Shown piece after piece: positions 23,686-34,051 of a DNA stretch of 64,000 bases (position 1 is the stretch's first letter; each line of letters starts with the position of its first letter). A program made the position numbers and the translations under genes. The DNA comes from Clostridiales bacterium (GTDB lineage: Bacteria > Bacillota > Clostridia > Christensenellales > CAG-138): the NCBI GenBank assembly GCA_918244965.1, contig CAKJYC010000021.1, positions 85,025 through 149,024 on the forward strand, given 5' to 3'. The notes under the pieces are model-generated. The model was not told the origin of the DNA, made no database searches, and worked only from the letters and a program-made list of their open reading frames with translations.

Positions 23686-24612
23686 TTACACGAACTGCAC
23701 GATATAATCATGCAGATTGCGGTACGCAATGCGCTCGACCTCGGCGGGCGTGAAGCCCTCCGCAAGGAGCGCGTCGAACAGCGCGGGCAGATCGGACGGG
23801 TTTTTGAGGTTCTTCGGATAGCGCTGCATGCCGTCGAAATCCGAACCGATGCAAACATGCCCGACGCCGCCGACCGACGCCGCGTGCGAGATGTGCCGAA
23901 CGATGTCCCGGATCGTCGCATGACCGGATTCATTTAGCTGCGGACCGTAGAAATTGATCCCGACAACGCCGCCCTTTTCGGCGATTGCTTTGATGTATTC
24001 ATCCCGGAGGCAGCGCGGCGCGTTCATCAATGCGCGGCAGTTGGAATGCGAAGCGAAGATCGGCTGCGTCGAAAGCGCCAGCGCGTCCTCGATCCCGTCG
24101 TCACTCAGATGCGACACGTCGAACGCGATACCGAGCCGGTTCATTTCACGAAGAATCTCGCGTCCGGCTTCGGTCAGTCCGCGGCGGCGCTTACCCTGTC
24201 CCGCGCCTGCAAGCTCGTTGTCCGAGTTCCAGGTGAACGTCATGGCGCGCACGCCGAGCCGATAAAGATCGCGCAAGATCGACGGCGATGCGCCTAAGGC
24301 TTCCGCGCCCTCGACCGCAAGCACCGTGGCGATCCGGCCGGAAGCGGGATCGAAGTCCTTTGTGAGCCGCACAAGCTCCGGATGCGTATCGAGCATGCTG
24401 TGATACCGGTCGATCATGATCAGCACCTGTTCGAGCGGCGGGACCTTCAGCGTCGTATCCGCCCATGCAGCAAGGAATTGCAGGGCAACGCCGCCCTTTT
24501 TCAGGTTCTCCAGCGTGATCGTCTGGTTCCGTCTCTGTGTGTCGATCGTCCAGCCGTAGTCCATCGCGCCGAACAAATAATCGCAATGCGCGTCAGCCGC
24601 GTAAAACTGCAT
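23686..24612 (-). CDS. membrane (renal-type) dipeptidase, peptidase family M19
   Basis: 308 aa. The N-terminus MQFYAADAHCDYLFG and the motifs FASHSNCRAL and IGSDFDG are typical of M19. Confidence 0.85.
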   Translation of the reverse strand: MQFYAADAHCDYLFGAMDYGWTIDTQRRNQTITLENLKKGGVALQFLAAWADTTLKVPPLEQVLIMIDRYHSMLDTHPELVRLTKDFDPASGRIATVLAVEGAEALGASPSILRDLYRLGVRAMTFTWNSDNELAGAGQGKRRRGLTEAGREILREMNRLGIAFDVSHLSDDGIEDALALSTQPIFASHSNCRALMNAPRCLRDEYIKAIAEKGGVVGINFYGPQLNESGHATIRDIVRHISHAASVGGVGHVCIGSDFDGMQRYPKNLKNPSDLPALFDALLAEGFTPAEVERIAYRNLHDYIVQFV

Positions 24613-24621
24613 AGCTTCCTC

Positions 24622-24653
24622 CTAAAATGAAAGGGGTTGTCTGTACAACCCCT
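24622..24653 (-). terminator. intrinsic terminator/attenuator abutting the dipeptidase RBS
   Basis: The minus strand reads GGGGTTGT-acag-ACAACCCC followed by TTTCATTTT, then directly AGGAGGaagctATG. Confidence 0.55.
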
Positions 24654-24781
24654 TGATGCTTTACAACCCTCCCGTCTCGCTTCGGGATCCAGCCTCCCTT
24701 GAACAGGGAGGGCAAGATTGCTCGACTCCCCTGTATAAGGGGAGCTGTCGCCGAATGGCGACTGAGGGGTTGTTTTGTCCC
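24654..24781 (-). promoter_or_regulatory. structured leader / 3'UTR element, candidate cis-regulatory RNA
   Basis: Three local hairpins (GTCGCC/GGCGAC, CTCCCC/GGGGAG, CCCTCCCT/AGGGAGG) are enclosed by ACAACCCC...GGGTTGT. These segments duplicate the two arms of the downstream terminator. Confidence 0.3.
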
Positions 24782-26332
24782 TTATTTCGCGTAATCGACT
24801 GTGCGGGTCTCGCGGATGACGTTGACCTTGATCTGGCCCGGATATTCAAGCTCGCTCTCGATGCGCTTTGCAATGTCCTTCGCCATGATGACGGTCTCGG
24901 TGTCGCTGACGCGCTCCGGCTTGACGATGATGCGTACCTCGCGGCCCGCCTGGATCGCATAGGAGTAATCGACGCCCTCGAACGAGTTAGCGATCTCCTC
25001 CAGTTTTTCGAGGCGCTTGATGTACGCTTCGAGCGTTTCACGCCGTGCGCCGGGTCTTGCCGCCGAGATCGCATCCGCCGCCTGGACAAGCACCGCTTCG
25101 ATCGAGTTGGGATCGACGTCGCCGTGATGCGCCATGATGCAGTGGATGACCGCGTTGTTCTCGCGATACTTCTTCGCAAGGTCCGCACCGATCTGTGCAT
25201 GGCTGCCCTCTACCTCATGGTCGATGGACTTGCCGATGTCGTGCAGAAGACCTGCGCGCTTTGCGAGCGCAACATTTGCGCCGATCTCGCTTGCCATGAT
25301 GCCCGCAAGATGCGCGACCTCGATCGAGTGCCGCAGCACGTTCTGGCCATAGCTGGTGCGGTACTTCATTCTGCCGAGGTAACGGATCAGCTCGTGATGC
25401 AGGCCGTGTACGCCGACCTCAAGTACCGCCGCTTCGCCGGCCTCGCGGATGATCTGATCGACCTCCTTGCGTGCCTTCTCGACCATTTCCTCGATGCGTG
25501 CAGGATGGATGCGTCCGTCCATGATCAGCTTTTCAAGACTGATGCGGGCGATCTCTCTGCGCACCGGATCGAATGCAGACAGGATGACCGCCTCCGGCGT
25601 GTCGTCGATAATCAGATCGACGCCGGTCGCCGTTTCAAGTGCGCGTATGTTGCGTCCTTCGCGGCCGATGATGCGGCCCTTCATTTCGTCATTGGGCAGC
25701 GGCACGACGGACACGGTCGCCTCTGCAACGTGGTCCGCGGCGCAGCGCTGGATCGCAAGAGATACGATGTTGCGCGCGCGCTTGTCTGCTTCCTCCTTGG
25801 TACGCTGCTCGATCTCGCGGAGCATGACCGCCGCTTCATGTTTGGCTTCCTGTTCGGCACGGTCGAGCACCATGGTCTTCGCCTCGTCGAGCGTGATGCC
25901 CGAAATGCGCTCCAGCTCCTCTTCCTGCTTCTTGTACAGGGCGTTGATCTCGTCCTCCAGTTTGTCCAGCTTCTTGGTGCGGTCGTTCAGCTGCTGCTCA
26001 CGTGCTTCGACACCTTCGAGCTTCTTGTCCAGCGATTCCTCACGTTGGAACAGTCTGCGTTCGTTCTGCTTGAGTTCGTTGCGGCGTTCCTTGATCTCCT
26101 TGTCCGCCTCGTTGCGGATGCGGTACGCCTCGTCCTTTGCTTCCAATACTTTTTCTTTGCGGATCTCTTCGGCTTTCTTCTGCGCTTCGTCGTACAAACG
26201 CTTCACGGCGTCCTCGGCTTTTTCGACCTTGGCCTCCGCAACGTTCTTCCGATAGAAGTAGCCGATTGCAAATCCGATCGCCGCGCCGACGATGAGCCCC
26301 GCGGCAAGCAATACAATGTGCAACCAGTCCAC
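24782..26332 (-). CDS. rny: ribonuclease Y
   Basis: 516 aa with an N-terminal TM, a coiled coil, a KH domain and an HD domain (HDIGK). GTG start with GGAG upstream. Confidence 0.95.
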   Translation of the reverse strand: MDWLHIVLLAAGLIVGAAIGFAIGYFYRKNVAEAKVEKAEDAVKRLYDEAQKKAEEIRKEKVLEAKDEAYRIRNEADKEIKERRNELKQNERRLFQREESLDKKLEGVEAREQQLNDRTKKLDKLEDEINALYKKQEEELERISGITLDEAKTMVLDRAEQEAKHEAAVMLREIEQRTKEEADKRARNIVSLAIQRCAADHVAEATVSVVPLPNDEMKGRIIGREGRNIRALETATGVDLIIDDTPEAVILSAFDPVRREIARISLEKLIMDGRIHPARIEEMVEKARKEVDQIIREAGEAAVLEVGVHGLHHELIRYLGRMKYRTSYGQNVLRHSIEVAHLAGIMASEIGANVALAKRAGLLHDIGKSIDHEVEGSHAQIGADLAKKYRENNAVIHCIMAHHGDVDPNSIEAVLVQAADAISAARPGARRETLEAYIKRLEKLEEIANSFEGVDYSYAIQAGREVRIIVKPERVSDTETVIMAKDIAKRIESELEYPGQIKVNVIRETRTVDYAK

Positions 26333-26506
26333 GATATTCTACTCCGATCTATATCAATATAACCGAGCATACTGCCCGGTCATTCCAAAGATTCGTTTCA
26401 GGTTTATCGAATATGGTTCACGTACAAAACGGTACGGCAATCGTTCGGCAAATCTATCTACAAATATATCATGAATGCACATGGCAGTGCAGGATTACTC
26501 AATAAT

Positions 26507-26535
26507 ATTGTAAACGCGATTTCGCACAAAGTCAA
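26507..26535 (-). promoter_or_regulatory. sigma-A-type promoter candidate for rny
   Basis: The minus strand has TTGACT (26535-26530), a 17-nt spacer and TACAAT (26512-26507). This implies a leader of roughly 165-170 nt. Confidence 0.45.
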
Positions 26536-26576
26536 GCCGCAATTCCGGAAATGGCGCAGATTCTTTATATTTTCTT

Positions 26577-26614
26577 AACAAAAAACAGCGCTGCCTTTCT
26601 TTCGACAGCGCTGC
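26577..26614 (-). terminator. rho-independent terminator after polC
   Basis: The minus strand reads CAGCGCTG-tcgaaagaaagg-CAGCGCTG followed by TTTTTTG, starting 2-3 nt after the polC stop. Confidence 0.55.
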
Positions 26615-26616
26615 GT

Positions 26617-29600
26617 TTAAAAATCGAACAGCGAAATCTGCTTGTTCTTCGGCATGTCGCCGAACGCGCCGACCTGTTCGAGCATCGAGACGATACCGGT
26701 ATTCGCGCCGGTCTCGTTGGCAAAATCCTCGATCGTGGGATAGGTCACACCGGGCTTTCTGCGCTCGCAGATTGCGATCGCCTGTCCTGCGCCGACGCCG
26801 GGGATCGCGTCGAACGGCGGCCGCAGCGCGTTGCCCTCGATCAAAAACTTCGTCGCGTCGGATTTATAGATGTCGACGGGCAGCAGGTCGATCCCGCGAA
26901 GGTTCATCTCATAGACGAGCTCAAGGATCGTGACGAGCTCCTTGTCCTTCTTCTTCTCGCTGTCGGTCTTCTGTCCGGAGGACGCATCCTTTTCGATCGC
27001 TTCGATCTGCTGTTTGACTGCGTCCGGTCCGCCTGCCGCGCGCGTGATGTCGAACGTGTCCGCGCGTACCGTGAAGTAGACCGCATAGAATGCAAGCGGA
27101 TAATGCACCTTGTAGTACGCGATGCGGAATGACGACATGGAGTATGCGACCGCGTGTCCGCGCGGGAACATGTACTTGATCTTCTTGCACGAATCGACAA
27201 ACCACGCAGGGATATTGCCGTCGACCATCGCCTGCTCCATTTCGTCGGTCAGGCCCTTGCCCTTGCGGACGCGCTCCATGATCTTGAACGACAGCGACGC
27301 TTCCATGTCGTGCGCAATCAGATAATTCATGATGTCGTCACGCGTGCAGAGGACTTCGGAAAGCTTTGCAATGCCGCCCATAACAAGCGGCTCGGCGTTG
27401 TTCAGCCATACGTCCGTGCCGTGCGTGAGGCCCGCAATGCGGATCAGTTCCTCGAACGTGGTCGGACGCGTGTTTTCCAGCACCTGCCGCACAAAGCCCG
27501 TGCCGAACTCCGGCACGCCGAGCGTGCCGAGCGAGCAGCCGATGCCGCTAAGGTCGATGTGCAGCGGCTCGACCGTGGAGAACAGCATGCGCGTATCGTG
27601 GTCGTCCAGCGGAATCTCGCGCGGATTCAGTCCGGTCAGCGCTTCGAGCATGTGCAGCGCGGTCGGATCGTCGTGGCCGAGGATATCGAGCTTGACAAGG
27701 CGATCGTCCATCGCATGGAAGTCGAAATGCGTTGTGATCGTGTTCTTGTCGACCTTGTCCGCCGGATACTGGATCGGCGTATAATCGTAGACCTCGGTGT
27801 ATTCGTCGTGATCGCGCGGAACGATGACGATTCCGCCCGGATGCTGTCCGGTCGTGACCTTGACGCCCTCGCAGCCCTTTTCGAGCCGCTGGACCTCCGC
27901 CGACGAGAATGTGCGCCCGGTTGCCTCCGCGAACGAATAGACGCATTCAAACGCCTTCCGCTCGGCAAGGCCGGAAATCGTACCGGCGCGGAACGCATGG
28001 CCCTTGCCGAACATTTCCTCGACGTACTTATGCGCGACCGGCTGATACTCGCCGGAGAAGTTCAGGTCGATGTCGGGGACCTTGTCGCCCTTGAACCCCA
28101 AAAAGACCTCGAACGGGATCTCAAAGCCCTCCTTGCGGAGCATGGTCCCGCATACGGGGCACGCGCGGTCCGGCATGTCTGCGCCGACGCTGTATTGCTC
28201 TTTGTCAATATCGAAGTCCGAAAACTTGCACTTCGAGCAGACGTAATGCGGCGCAAGCGCGTTGACCTCGGTGATGCCCGCAAGCATCGCCACGACCGAC
28301 GAACCGACGGAACCGCGGCTGCCCACCAGATACCCGTCGGACAGCGATTTTTTAACAAGACGCTGCGCCATCAGATACAGCGAAGCGTAGTGGTTGCCGA
28401 TGATGGAGTTGAGTTCCTTATCGAGCCGCGCCTGCACGATCGGCGGCAGCGGATCGCCGTAAATCTCGTGCGCGCGGGTGATCGCCGTGTTCTTGAGCTC
28501 CTCCTCCGCGTTCTCGATCGTCGGCGAATGCGTCCCCTCCGGAAACGGCACAAGCGTACCGCACAGGTCCGCGATCCGGTTCGGTACGTCGATGACGACC
28601 TCATGCGCCTTTTCTTCGCCGAGATAGGAAAACTCGTTCAGCATGTCCTCGGTCGTGTGGAACCACAGCGGCGCCTGCTGCTGGGCGTCCGCAAAGCCGA
28701 GCTTGCTCATCAGGATCGCGCGGTAGATCGCGTCGGTCGGCTCCAGAAAATGCACGTCGCCGGTCGCAGCAACGGGTTTCCCCATCTGCTCGCCGAGTGC
28801 GACGATGCGACGGTTCAGATCGCGCAGGCCTTCGTCGTCCGCGACACGGCCCTCGCGCTTCAGAAACGCGTTGTTGCCGATCGGCTGGATCTCGAAATAA
28901 TCGTAAAACGCCGCGATCTTTTCAATCTGTTCCTGCGACTCGTTGTTCAGGATCGCGCGGAACAGCTCGCCGGCCTCACAGGCCGAGCCGACGATCAGAT
29001 CGCTGCGGTACAGCATGAGCAGTGATTTCGGGATCTGCGGCCGTCCGTGCAGATAGTCGAGATGCGACCAGCTGATCAGCTTGTACAGGTCCTTCATGCC
29101 CGCCTGCGTTTTGGCAAGCAGAATGATATGGTTTGTCTGCCGTTTTTCCTTTGCCGTACGTTTTTTGTATGCCTCATGCGCGTCCGGCACGACCGGGATG
29201 CGATCGATTCCGCGCTCTCTGAGCATGTCGATAAACCGCAGCAGGATCTCGGCGCAGGTGTTTGCGTCGTCGTCCGCGCGGTGGTGGCTGCCCATGTCGA
29301 TCTCGAAATACGCCGAGATCGTGTCCAGCTTGTGATTCTCCAGCGCGTCGCGCAAAAGATAGCGCGACAGCATCAGCGTATCCGCGTACGGCATCGGGAA
29401 TGTAACGCCGACGCGATCGCCGTGGTGCGTGATAAAGCCGACGTCGAACGACGCGTTGTGTGCAACCAGCGTACTGCCCTCCGCAAATGCGCGGAACCGT
29501 TCCAGAACCTCGCGCGTGGTCGGCGCTCCTTCGAGCATCGCTTGCCGGATACCGGTCAGCTCGGTGATGTTTTTCGGAATCACAACGCCGTCGTCAATGA

Positions 29601-30630
29601 ACGACTGAAAGCGTCCCGTGACCTTGCCCTCATGCAGGCGTACCGCGCCGATCTCGATGATGTCGCAGCTTTCCGCCTTTAGGCCCGTCGTTTCAATGTC
29701 GAACACGGTGAAATCGCCGTCCTCGGGGATCGCCTCGCAGTCCGGGATCAGATAGCCTTCAACGCCGAATATCGCCTTGACGCCGGTTGTCTGCGCCGCT
29801 TTTGCGGCCTCCGGAAACGCCTGCACGACGCCGTGATCGGTGATCGCAAGCGCTTTGTGCCCCCAACGCTTGGCCGTTTTGAACGCTTCTGTCAGGTTGG
29901 TGATGCCGTCCATTGTGGACATGCGTGAGTGCAGATGCAGCTCGACACGCTTTTCCTGTGCGTTGTCCATGCGAAGCGGACGCGGCAGAATGCCGACAGA
30001 ATCAACGTATACGCTGCGTTCGCCGGTCTTTTTCACGGTCTTGCACACGCCTTTGATCCGAAGGTCCTTGCCGCCCTTCTGCGCGTCGTTCAGCCATTTC
30101 AGAAACCGCGCAGCCTGCCATTCCTCCGGAAAGCTCGCGGTACAGTAGACGGAATCGTTCAGGTCGGTCACATTAAACTGCACGCGGCAGTTGGGCTTTT
30201 TGACGCGCATCGACCAGTCGTCGCGGACTTCGGCCGAAACAAGCCGCCCGACAAACACGGTGCTCGTCTCCTCCTCGCCGGAGAGCTCGAAAACCGAAAC
30301 CTCCTCCGCCCCCTCCGGGATCGGCTTACCAAGCAGCACACCGTTGTCCGGGATCGGTACGTCGACCTCGTTCTTTTTCTTCGGCAGCGGCTTCGACGCA
30401 ATGCGTTCCGGTTCGACCTCGTTGTATAGAAATACGACCGAATACGCAGGCAGGAGCGTTCGGATCTCCTCCTCCCACGTACGGCATGCCGATTCCGATA
30501 CGATGTTCTTTTGCCGGTCGGCCGTGACCGTCAGCGTTAGAGAATCGCGCGAAAGGCACACGCTTTTGATCGTGAGCCATTCGGTTTTCACCCGTGCCGC
30601 ATCATAGGCCGCCTTCAGTTCTTCCTTCAC
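26617..30630 (-). CDS. polC: DNA polymerase III alpha subunit, PolC type
   Basis: 1337 aa. PHP domain (ELHLHSRMSTMDG), an inserted DEDD 3'-5' exonuclease (FTVFDIETTGL) and the polymerase core. GTGA overlap with ispG. Confidence 0.95.
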   Translation of the reverse strand: MKEELKAAYDAARVKTEWLTIKSVCLSRDSLTLTVTADRQKNIVSESACRTWEEEIRTLLPAYSVVFLYNEVEPERIASKPLPKKKNEVDVPIPDNGVLLGKPIPEGAEEVSVFELSGEEETSTVFVGRLVSAEVRDDWSMRVKKPNCRVQFNVTDLNDSVYCTASFPEEWQAARFLKWLNDAQKGGKDLRIKGVCKTVKKTGERSVYVDSVGILPRPLRMDNAQEKRVELHLHSRMSTMDGITNLTEAFKTAKRWGHKALAITDHGVVQAFPEAAKAAQTTGVKAIFGVEGYLIPDCEAIPEDGDFTVFDIETTGLKAESCDIIEIGAVRLHEGKVTGRFQSFIDDGVVIPKNITELTGIRQAMLEGAPTTREVLERFRAFAEGSTLVAHNASFDVGFITHHGDRVGVTFPMPYADTLMLSRYLLRDALENHKLDTISAYFEIDMGSHHRADDDANTCAEILLRFIDMLRERGIDRIPVVPDAHEAYKKRTAKEKRQTNHIILLAKTQAGMKDLYKLISWSHLDYLHGRPQIPKSLLMLYRSDLIVGSACEAGELFRAILNNESQEQIEKIAAFYDYFEIQPIGNNAFLKREGRVADDEGLRDLNRRIVALGEQMGKPVAATGDVHFLEPTDAIYRAILMSKLGFADAQQQAPLWFHTTEDMLNEFSYLGEEKAHEVVIDVPNRIADLCGTLVPFPEGTHSPTIENAEEELKNTAITRAHEIYGDPLPPIVQARLDKELNSIIGNHYASLYLMAQRLVKKSLSDGYLVGSRGSVGSSVVAMLAGITEVNALAPHYVCSKCKFSDFDIDKEQYSVGADMPDRACPVCGTMLRKEGFEIPFEVFLGFKGDKVPDIDLNFSGEYQPVAHKYVEEMFGKGHAFRAGTISGLAERKAFECVYSFAEATGRTFSSAEVQRLEKGCEGVKVTTGQHPGGIVIVPRDHDEYTEVYDYTPIQYPADKVDKNTITTHFDFHAMDDRLVKLDILGHDDPTALHMLEALTGLNPREIPLDDHDTRMLFSTVEPLHIDLSGIGCSLGTLGVPEFGTGFVRQVLENTRPTTFEELIRIAGLTHGTDVWLNNAEPLVMGGIAKLSEVLCTRDDIMNYLIAHDMEASLSFKIMERVRKGKGLTDEMEQAMVDGNIPAWFVDSCKKIKYMFPRGHAVAYSMSSFRIAYYKVHYPLAFYAVYFTVRADTFDITRAAGGPDAVKQQIEAIEKDASSGQKTDSEKKKDKELVTILELVYEMNLRGIDLLPVDIYKSDATKFLIEGNALRPPFDAIPGVGAGQAIAICERRKPGVTYPTIEDFANETGANTGIVSMLEQVGAFGDMPKNKQISLFDF

Positions 30631-31679
30631 GAATCTCCCTTTAACGCTGTGTTGGCCTCATCGACCAGCCGGTTCAAAATCTCCTCATACGCGCCATGCC
30701 CGACGATCTCGCCCTTTTTGAAGAGAACGCCGTTGCCGTCGCCAAACGCCACGCCGAGATCCGCCTCCCTGGCCTCGCCCGGTCCGTTGACCGCGCAGCC
30801 CATGACGGCGATCTTCAAATAGCCCTTGTTGTGCGTGACGTGTTCGTTCACGTACGACGCCGCCTTCTCGACGTCGCAGCGCGTCCGCCCGCAGGTCGGG
30901 CAGGAAACGATCTCCACGTCGTCTTTACGAAGTCCGCATGCGCGTAGGATCGCAAGCGCGGTCTCCACCTCCCTGACCGGATCGCCGGTCAAAGAAACAC
31001 GCATCGTATCGCCGATGCCCTGTAAAAGCAGCGCGCCGAGGCCCGCGGCGGATTTGATGATCCCGGTCTCGATCGGTCCGGTCTCCGTGATGCCGATGTG
31101 CAGCGGATAATCCATTCGCGCCTGCGCCATGCGGTATGAATGTACGGTTTCGGATACGGTCGTGCATTTCAGCGAGATCACGATATCCGAAAACCCACAG
31201 TCCTCCAAAAGCTTTGCGTGGCCCATTGCGCTGCGGCACATGGCCTCCGCCGGATTCTCGCGGTACAGCGGCAGAAACTGTTTCTCGATCGAGCCGCCGT
31301 TAATGCCGATACGGATCGGGACATGATGCGCCTTGCAGCAGTCCGCGACCATGCGCACGCGATCCGCCGAGCCGATGTTGCCCGGATTGATGCGCAGCTT
31401 GTCCACGCCGTTTTCGACGGCTTTGATCGCAAGGCGATAATTGAAATGCACGTCTGCGACAAGCGGGATATGGATGCGTTCCTTGATCCCTTTGACAGCG
31501 TCCGCCGCGGCTTCGTCGAACACCGCGACGCGCACGATCTCACAGCCCGCCTGCTCCAGACGATGGATCTGCTCGACCGTTGCTGTTACGTCGCGCGTGT
31601 CCGTATTGCACATGGACTGCACGGATACAGGCGCGCCGCCGCCGATCTGTATGCTGCCAACCTGAACAAAACCTGCCAT
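30627..31679 (-). CDS. ispG: 4-hydroxy-3-methylbut-2-en-1-yl diphosphate synthase (flavodoxin)
   Basis: 350 aa from the ATG at 31679 (RBS GGAGG inside the end of rseP). Motifs include IGGGAPVSVQSM and the cysteine cluster CPTCGR. Confidence 0.9.
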   Translation of the reverse strand: MAGFVQVGSIQIGGGAPVSVQSMCNTDTRDVTATVEQIHRLEQAGCEIVRVAVFDEAAADAVKGIKERIHIPLVADVHFNYRLAIKAVENGVDKLRINPGNIGSADRVRMVADCCKAHHVPIRIGINGGSIEKQFLPLYRENPAEAMCRSAMGHAKLLEDCGFSDIVISLKCTTVSETVHSYRMAQARMDYPLHIGITETGPIETGIIKSAAGLGALLLQGIGDTMRVSLTGDPVREVETALAILRACGLRKDDVEIVSCPTCGRTRCDVEKAASYVNEHVTHNKGYLKIAVMGCAVNGPGEAREADLGVAFGDGNGVLFKKGEIVGHGAYEEILNRLVDEANTALKGDS

Positions 31680-31680
31680 C

Positions 31681-32904
31681 TTAACCTCCGAAGCAACGTA
31701 CAATATCGCTGACGGTGAGCGCCGCGATGAGGATCAGCAGTGCGATCATGCCGATCAGATGCACCATGCCCTCCTTTTCGGGCGGCACGGGCTTGCGGCG
31801 GATCATTTCGATGATGATGAAGATCAGCCGGCCGCCGTCCAGCGCAGGCAGCGGCAGCAGGTTGATGATGCCGAGGTTGACCGCGATCAGCGCCATAAAC
31901 CACAAAAACAGCTCAATCGCCTCCGAAGCGGAGGTGCTTTGCGCCATTGCGTCGGACATATAGTTGACCGTACCGACTGCGCCGGTCACATCGCGACAGC
32001 TCGCCTGCCCCGTGATCAGCATGCCGAGCGACTGATAGACCGCCTTTGCAAGATCCCACGTCTGCGGAAACGCCATATACGCGGCCTTCCAGACGGTGTA
32101 ACGCTCCTCGGTGAAGCTGTATGCCTGCCAGCTGACGCCGACAGATACCCGTTTATCGCCGGTGCTCTGATCCACAACGAGCCGGTTTGTGGAAAGCGTC
32201 AGCGGCTCGCCGCCGGACAGCGTCAGAGTCGTCGTAATATTTCCGTCCTTTTCCTCGACGGTCGGAACGATCTTTGCGCCGCGCAGCACGCCAAGCTCGA
32301 CGCCCTTGAAGACGTCAGCTTCGTTCATCAGCGTCTTCATTTCATCGGAGCTGTCGAACGTCTTGCCGTTGACCGACACAAGAATGTCATCCTTCTGCAC
32401 GCCCGCTTCATACGCCGGACCGTCCTGCACGACCTCGGTCACCTGCACAAACGACTTGCCGTCCCATGAGACCGTGCCGAACGCAAGCAGCATGATAAAA
32501 CAAAGCACAACGCAGGTAATGATGTTCGTGAGCGGTCCCGCAAGTACGACCAGAAAGCGCTTCCACGCGGGCTTGGAGGAAAACAGGCGCGGATCGGGCT
32601 CCTTGGGCTTTTCCTCGGTCTGTTCGATCTCCTCCGAGAACGCCTCCGGATGCTTCTTGTCCTTGTCGTTTTCGTCCTTTCCGTCTTCGCCATAGAAGCG
32701 GCACGAGCCGCCGATCGGCAGCGCGCGCAGGGTGAACTCCGTTTCCTTGCCCTTGATGCCGAACAGCTTCGGACCGAGACCGACGGAGAACTCCGTGATC
32801 GTAAAGCCGAGCCATTTGCCCATCAGGTAGTGACCGAGCTCATGCGTGATGACGAGCACGGACAGACCCAATATAGCCAATAAAATGTACCAGAATGTCT
32901 GCAT
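31681..32904 (-). CDS. rseP: RIP metalloprotease RseP/RasP (site-2 protease)
   Basis: 407 aa. HELGH lies in the first TM, followed by a PDZ region and the C-terminal NLLPLPALDGG motif. Confidence 0.9.
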   Translation of the reverse strand: MQTFWYILLAILGLSVLVITHELGHYLMGKWLGFTITEFSVGLGPKLFGIKGKETEFTLRALPIGGSCRFYGEDGKDENDKDKKHPEAFSEEIEQTEEKPKEPDPRLFSSKPAWKRFLVVLAGPLTNIITCVVLCFIMLLAFGTVSWDGKSFVQVTEVVQDGPAYEAGVQKDDILVSVNGKTFDSSDEMKTLMNEADVFKGVELGVLRGAKIVPTVEEKDGNITTTLTLSGGEPLTLSTNRLVVDQSTGDKRVSVGVSWQAYSFTEERYTVWKAAYMAFPQTWDLAKAVYQSLGMLITGQASCRDVTGAVGTVNYMSDAMAQSTSASEAIELFLWFMALIAVNLGIINLLPLPALDGGRLIFIIIEMIRRKPVPPEKEGMVHLIGMIALLILIAALTVSDIVRCFGG

Positions 32905-32913
32905 ATCGTTTCC

Positions 32914-34050
32914 TTATTCTCCGTAATGCGCGTCGACCGCCCGCCGCGCGGCCGCATCCGCCTCCGCGATCGCTTCGATCGAATCAGCCGGACGGTTTTC
33001 AATGGTGTTCAGCGCAAGCTCCACCGCATCCTCGATTTCACAGAATGCGATCCGTCCTGCAAAGTAAAGCTCCGCTGCGCGTTCGTTCGCGCCGTTGAAC
33101 ACCGTCGGCAGGATCCCGTCCGCGCGCAAAGCGTCGTACGCCATGCGAATCGCGCGGAAACGGTCCGGATCTGCCGGATAGAATTCCAGCGGATGATTGA
33201 GATCGAGCTTCAGCGGCTCGCACGGGCTTTCGGTCCGCTCCGGATACGTCAGCGCGTATTGGATCGGCAGCCGCATATCGGGCTTCGAAAGATTCGCCAT
33301 GATCGTACCGTCGCGGTATTCGACCATGCTGTGCACGATCGACTGCGGATGGATCAGCACCGAGATGCGGTCCGCACCGAAGTGAAAGAGGCGGCTTGCT
33401 TCGATGATCTCCAGCCCCTTGTTCATCAGCGTCGCCGAATCGAGCGTGATCTTTCTGCCCATCTTCCATGTCGGATGGTTCAGCGCGTCGGCAAGCGACA
33501 CCGTTTTCAGCTCCTCGCGCGATTTGCGGAAGAACGGCCCGCCCGATGCGGTCAGGATCAGGCGCTTCACCTCGTCCCGCGTACCGTTCTGCAGCGCCTG
33601 AAAAATCGCGCTCTGCTCGCTGTCGATCGGAAGAAGCTCCGCGCCGTAAGATTTCAGCGCTGCGTCGACCAATGCGCCGCCGCAGACGAGGCTTTCCTTG
33701 TTTGCGATTGCGATGCGCTTTCCGTGACGGATCGCGGCAAGCAGGGGCTTCAAAGCTGCATAGCCGGAGATCGCAAGCACGGTGACGTCCGCATCCGCTT
33801 CCGCCGCCAGTCGTTCTGCGGCGTCCGGTCCGGAAAATGCAGCCGTGCCCTTCGGCAGACGGTTCGGATCGAGCGGCGCCTGTGCCGCAACATAGCGCGG
33901 ACGCCATTCGTTTGCCTGCCGGTAGAGCGTTTCCACATCGTTGCGGCAGGACAGACCGAGCACGGAAAACCGGTCCGGATGTGCCTTCACCACATCGAGT
34001 GTCTGCGTGCCGATCGAGCCGGTGCAGCCCAAAAGAAGTACCTGTTTCAT
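32914..34050 (-). CDS. dxr: 1-deoxy-D-xylulose 5-phosphate reductoisomerase
   Basis: 378 aa with LLGCTGSIGTQTLDV and LIPIDSEQSAIFQ-type motifs. Confidence 0.95.
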   Translation of the reverse strand: MKQVLLLGCTGSIGTQTLDVVKAHPDRFSVLGLSCRNDVETLYRQANEWRPRYVAAQAPLDPNRLPKGTAAFSGPDAAERLAAEADADVTVLAISGYAALKPLLAAIRHGKRIAIANKESLVCGGALVDAALKSYGAELLPIDSEQSAIFQALQNGTRDEVKRLILTASGGPFFRKSREELKTVSLADALNHPTWKMGRKITLDSATLMNKGLEIIEASRLFHFGADRISVLIHPQSIVHSMVEYRDGTIMANLSKPDMRLPIQYALTYPERTESPCEPLKLDLNHPLEFYPADPDRFRAIRMAYDALRADGILPTVFNGANERAAELYFAGRIAFCEIEDAVELALNTIENRPADSIEAIAEADAAARRAVDAHYGE

Positions 34051-34051
34051 T

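Noticed and set aside
24653-29025. Plus-strand ORFs of 569 aa (24653..26362) and 623 aa (27154..29025).
   Set aside because: They are antisense to rny and polC respectively. They have no recognisable motifs and the same compositional signature as the other antisense ORFs.
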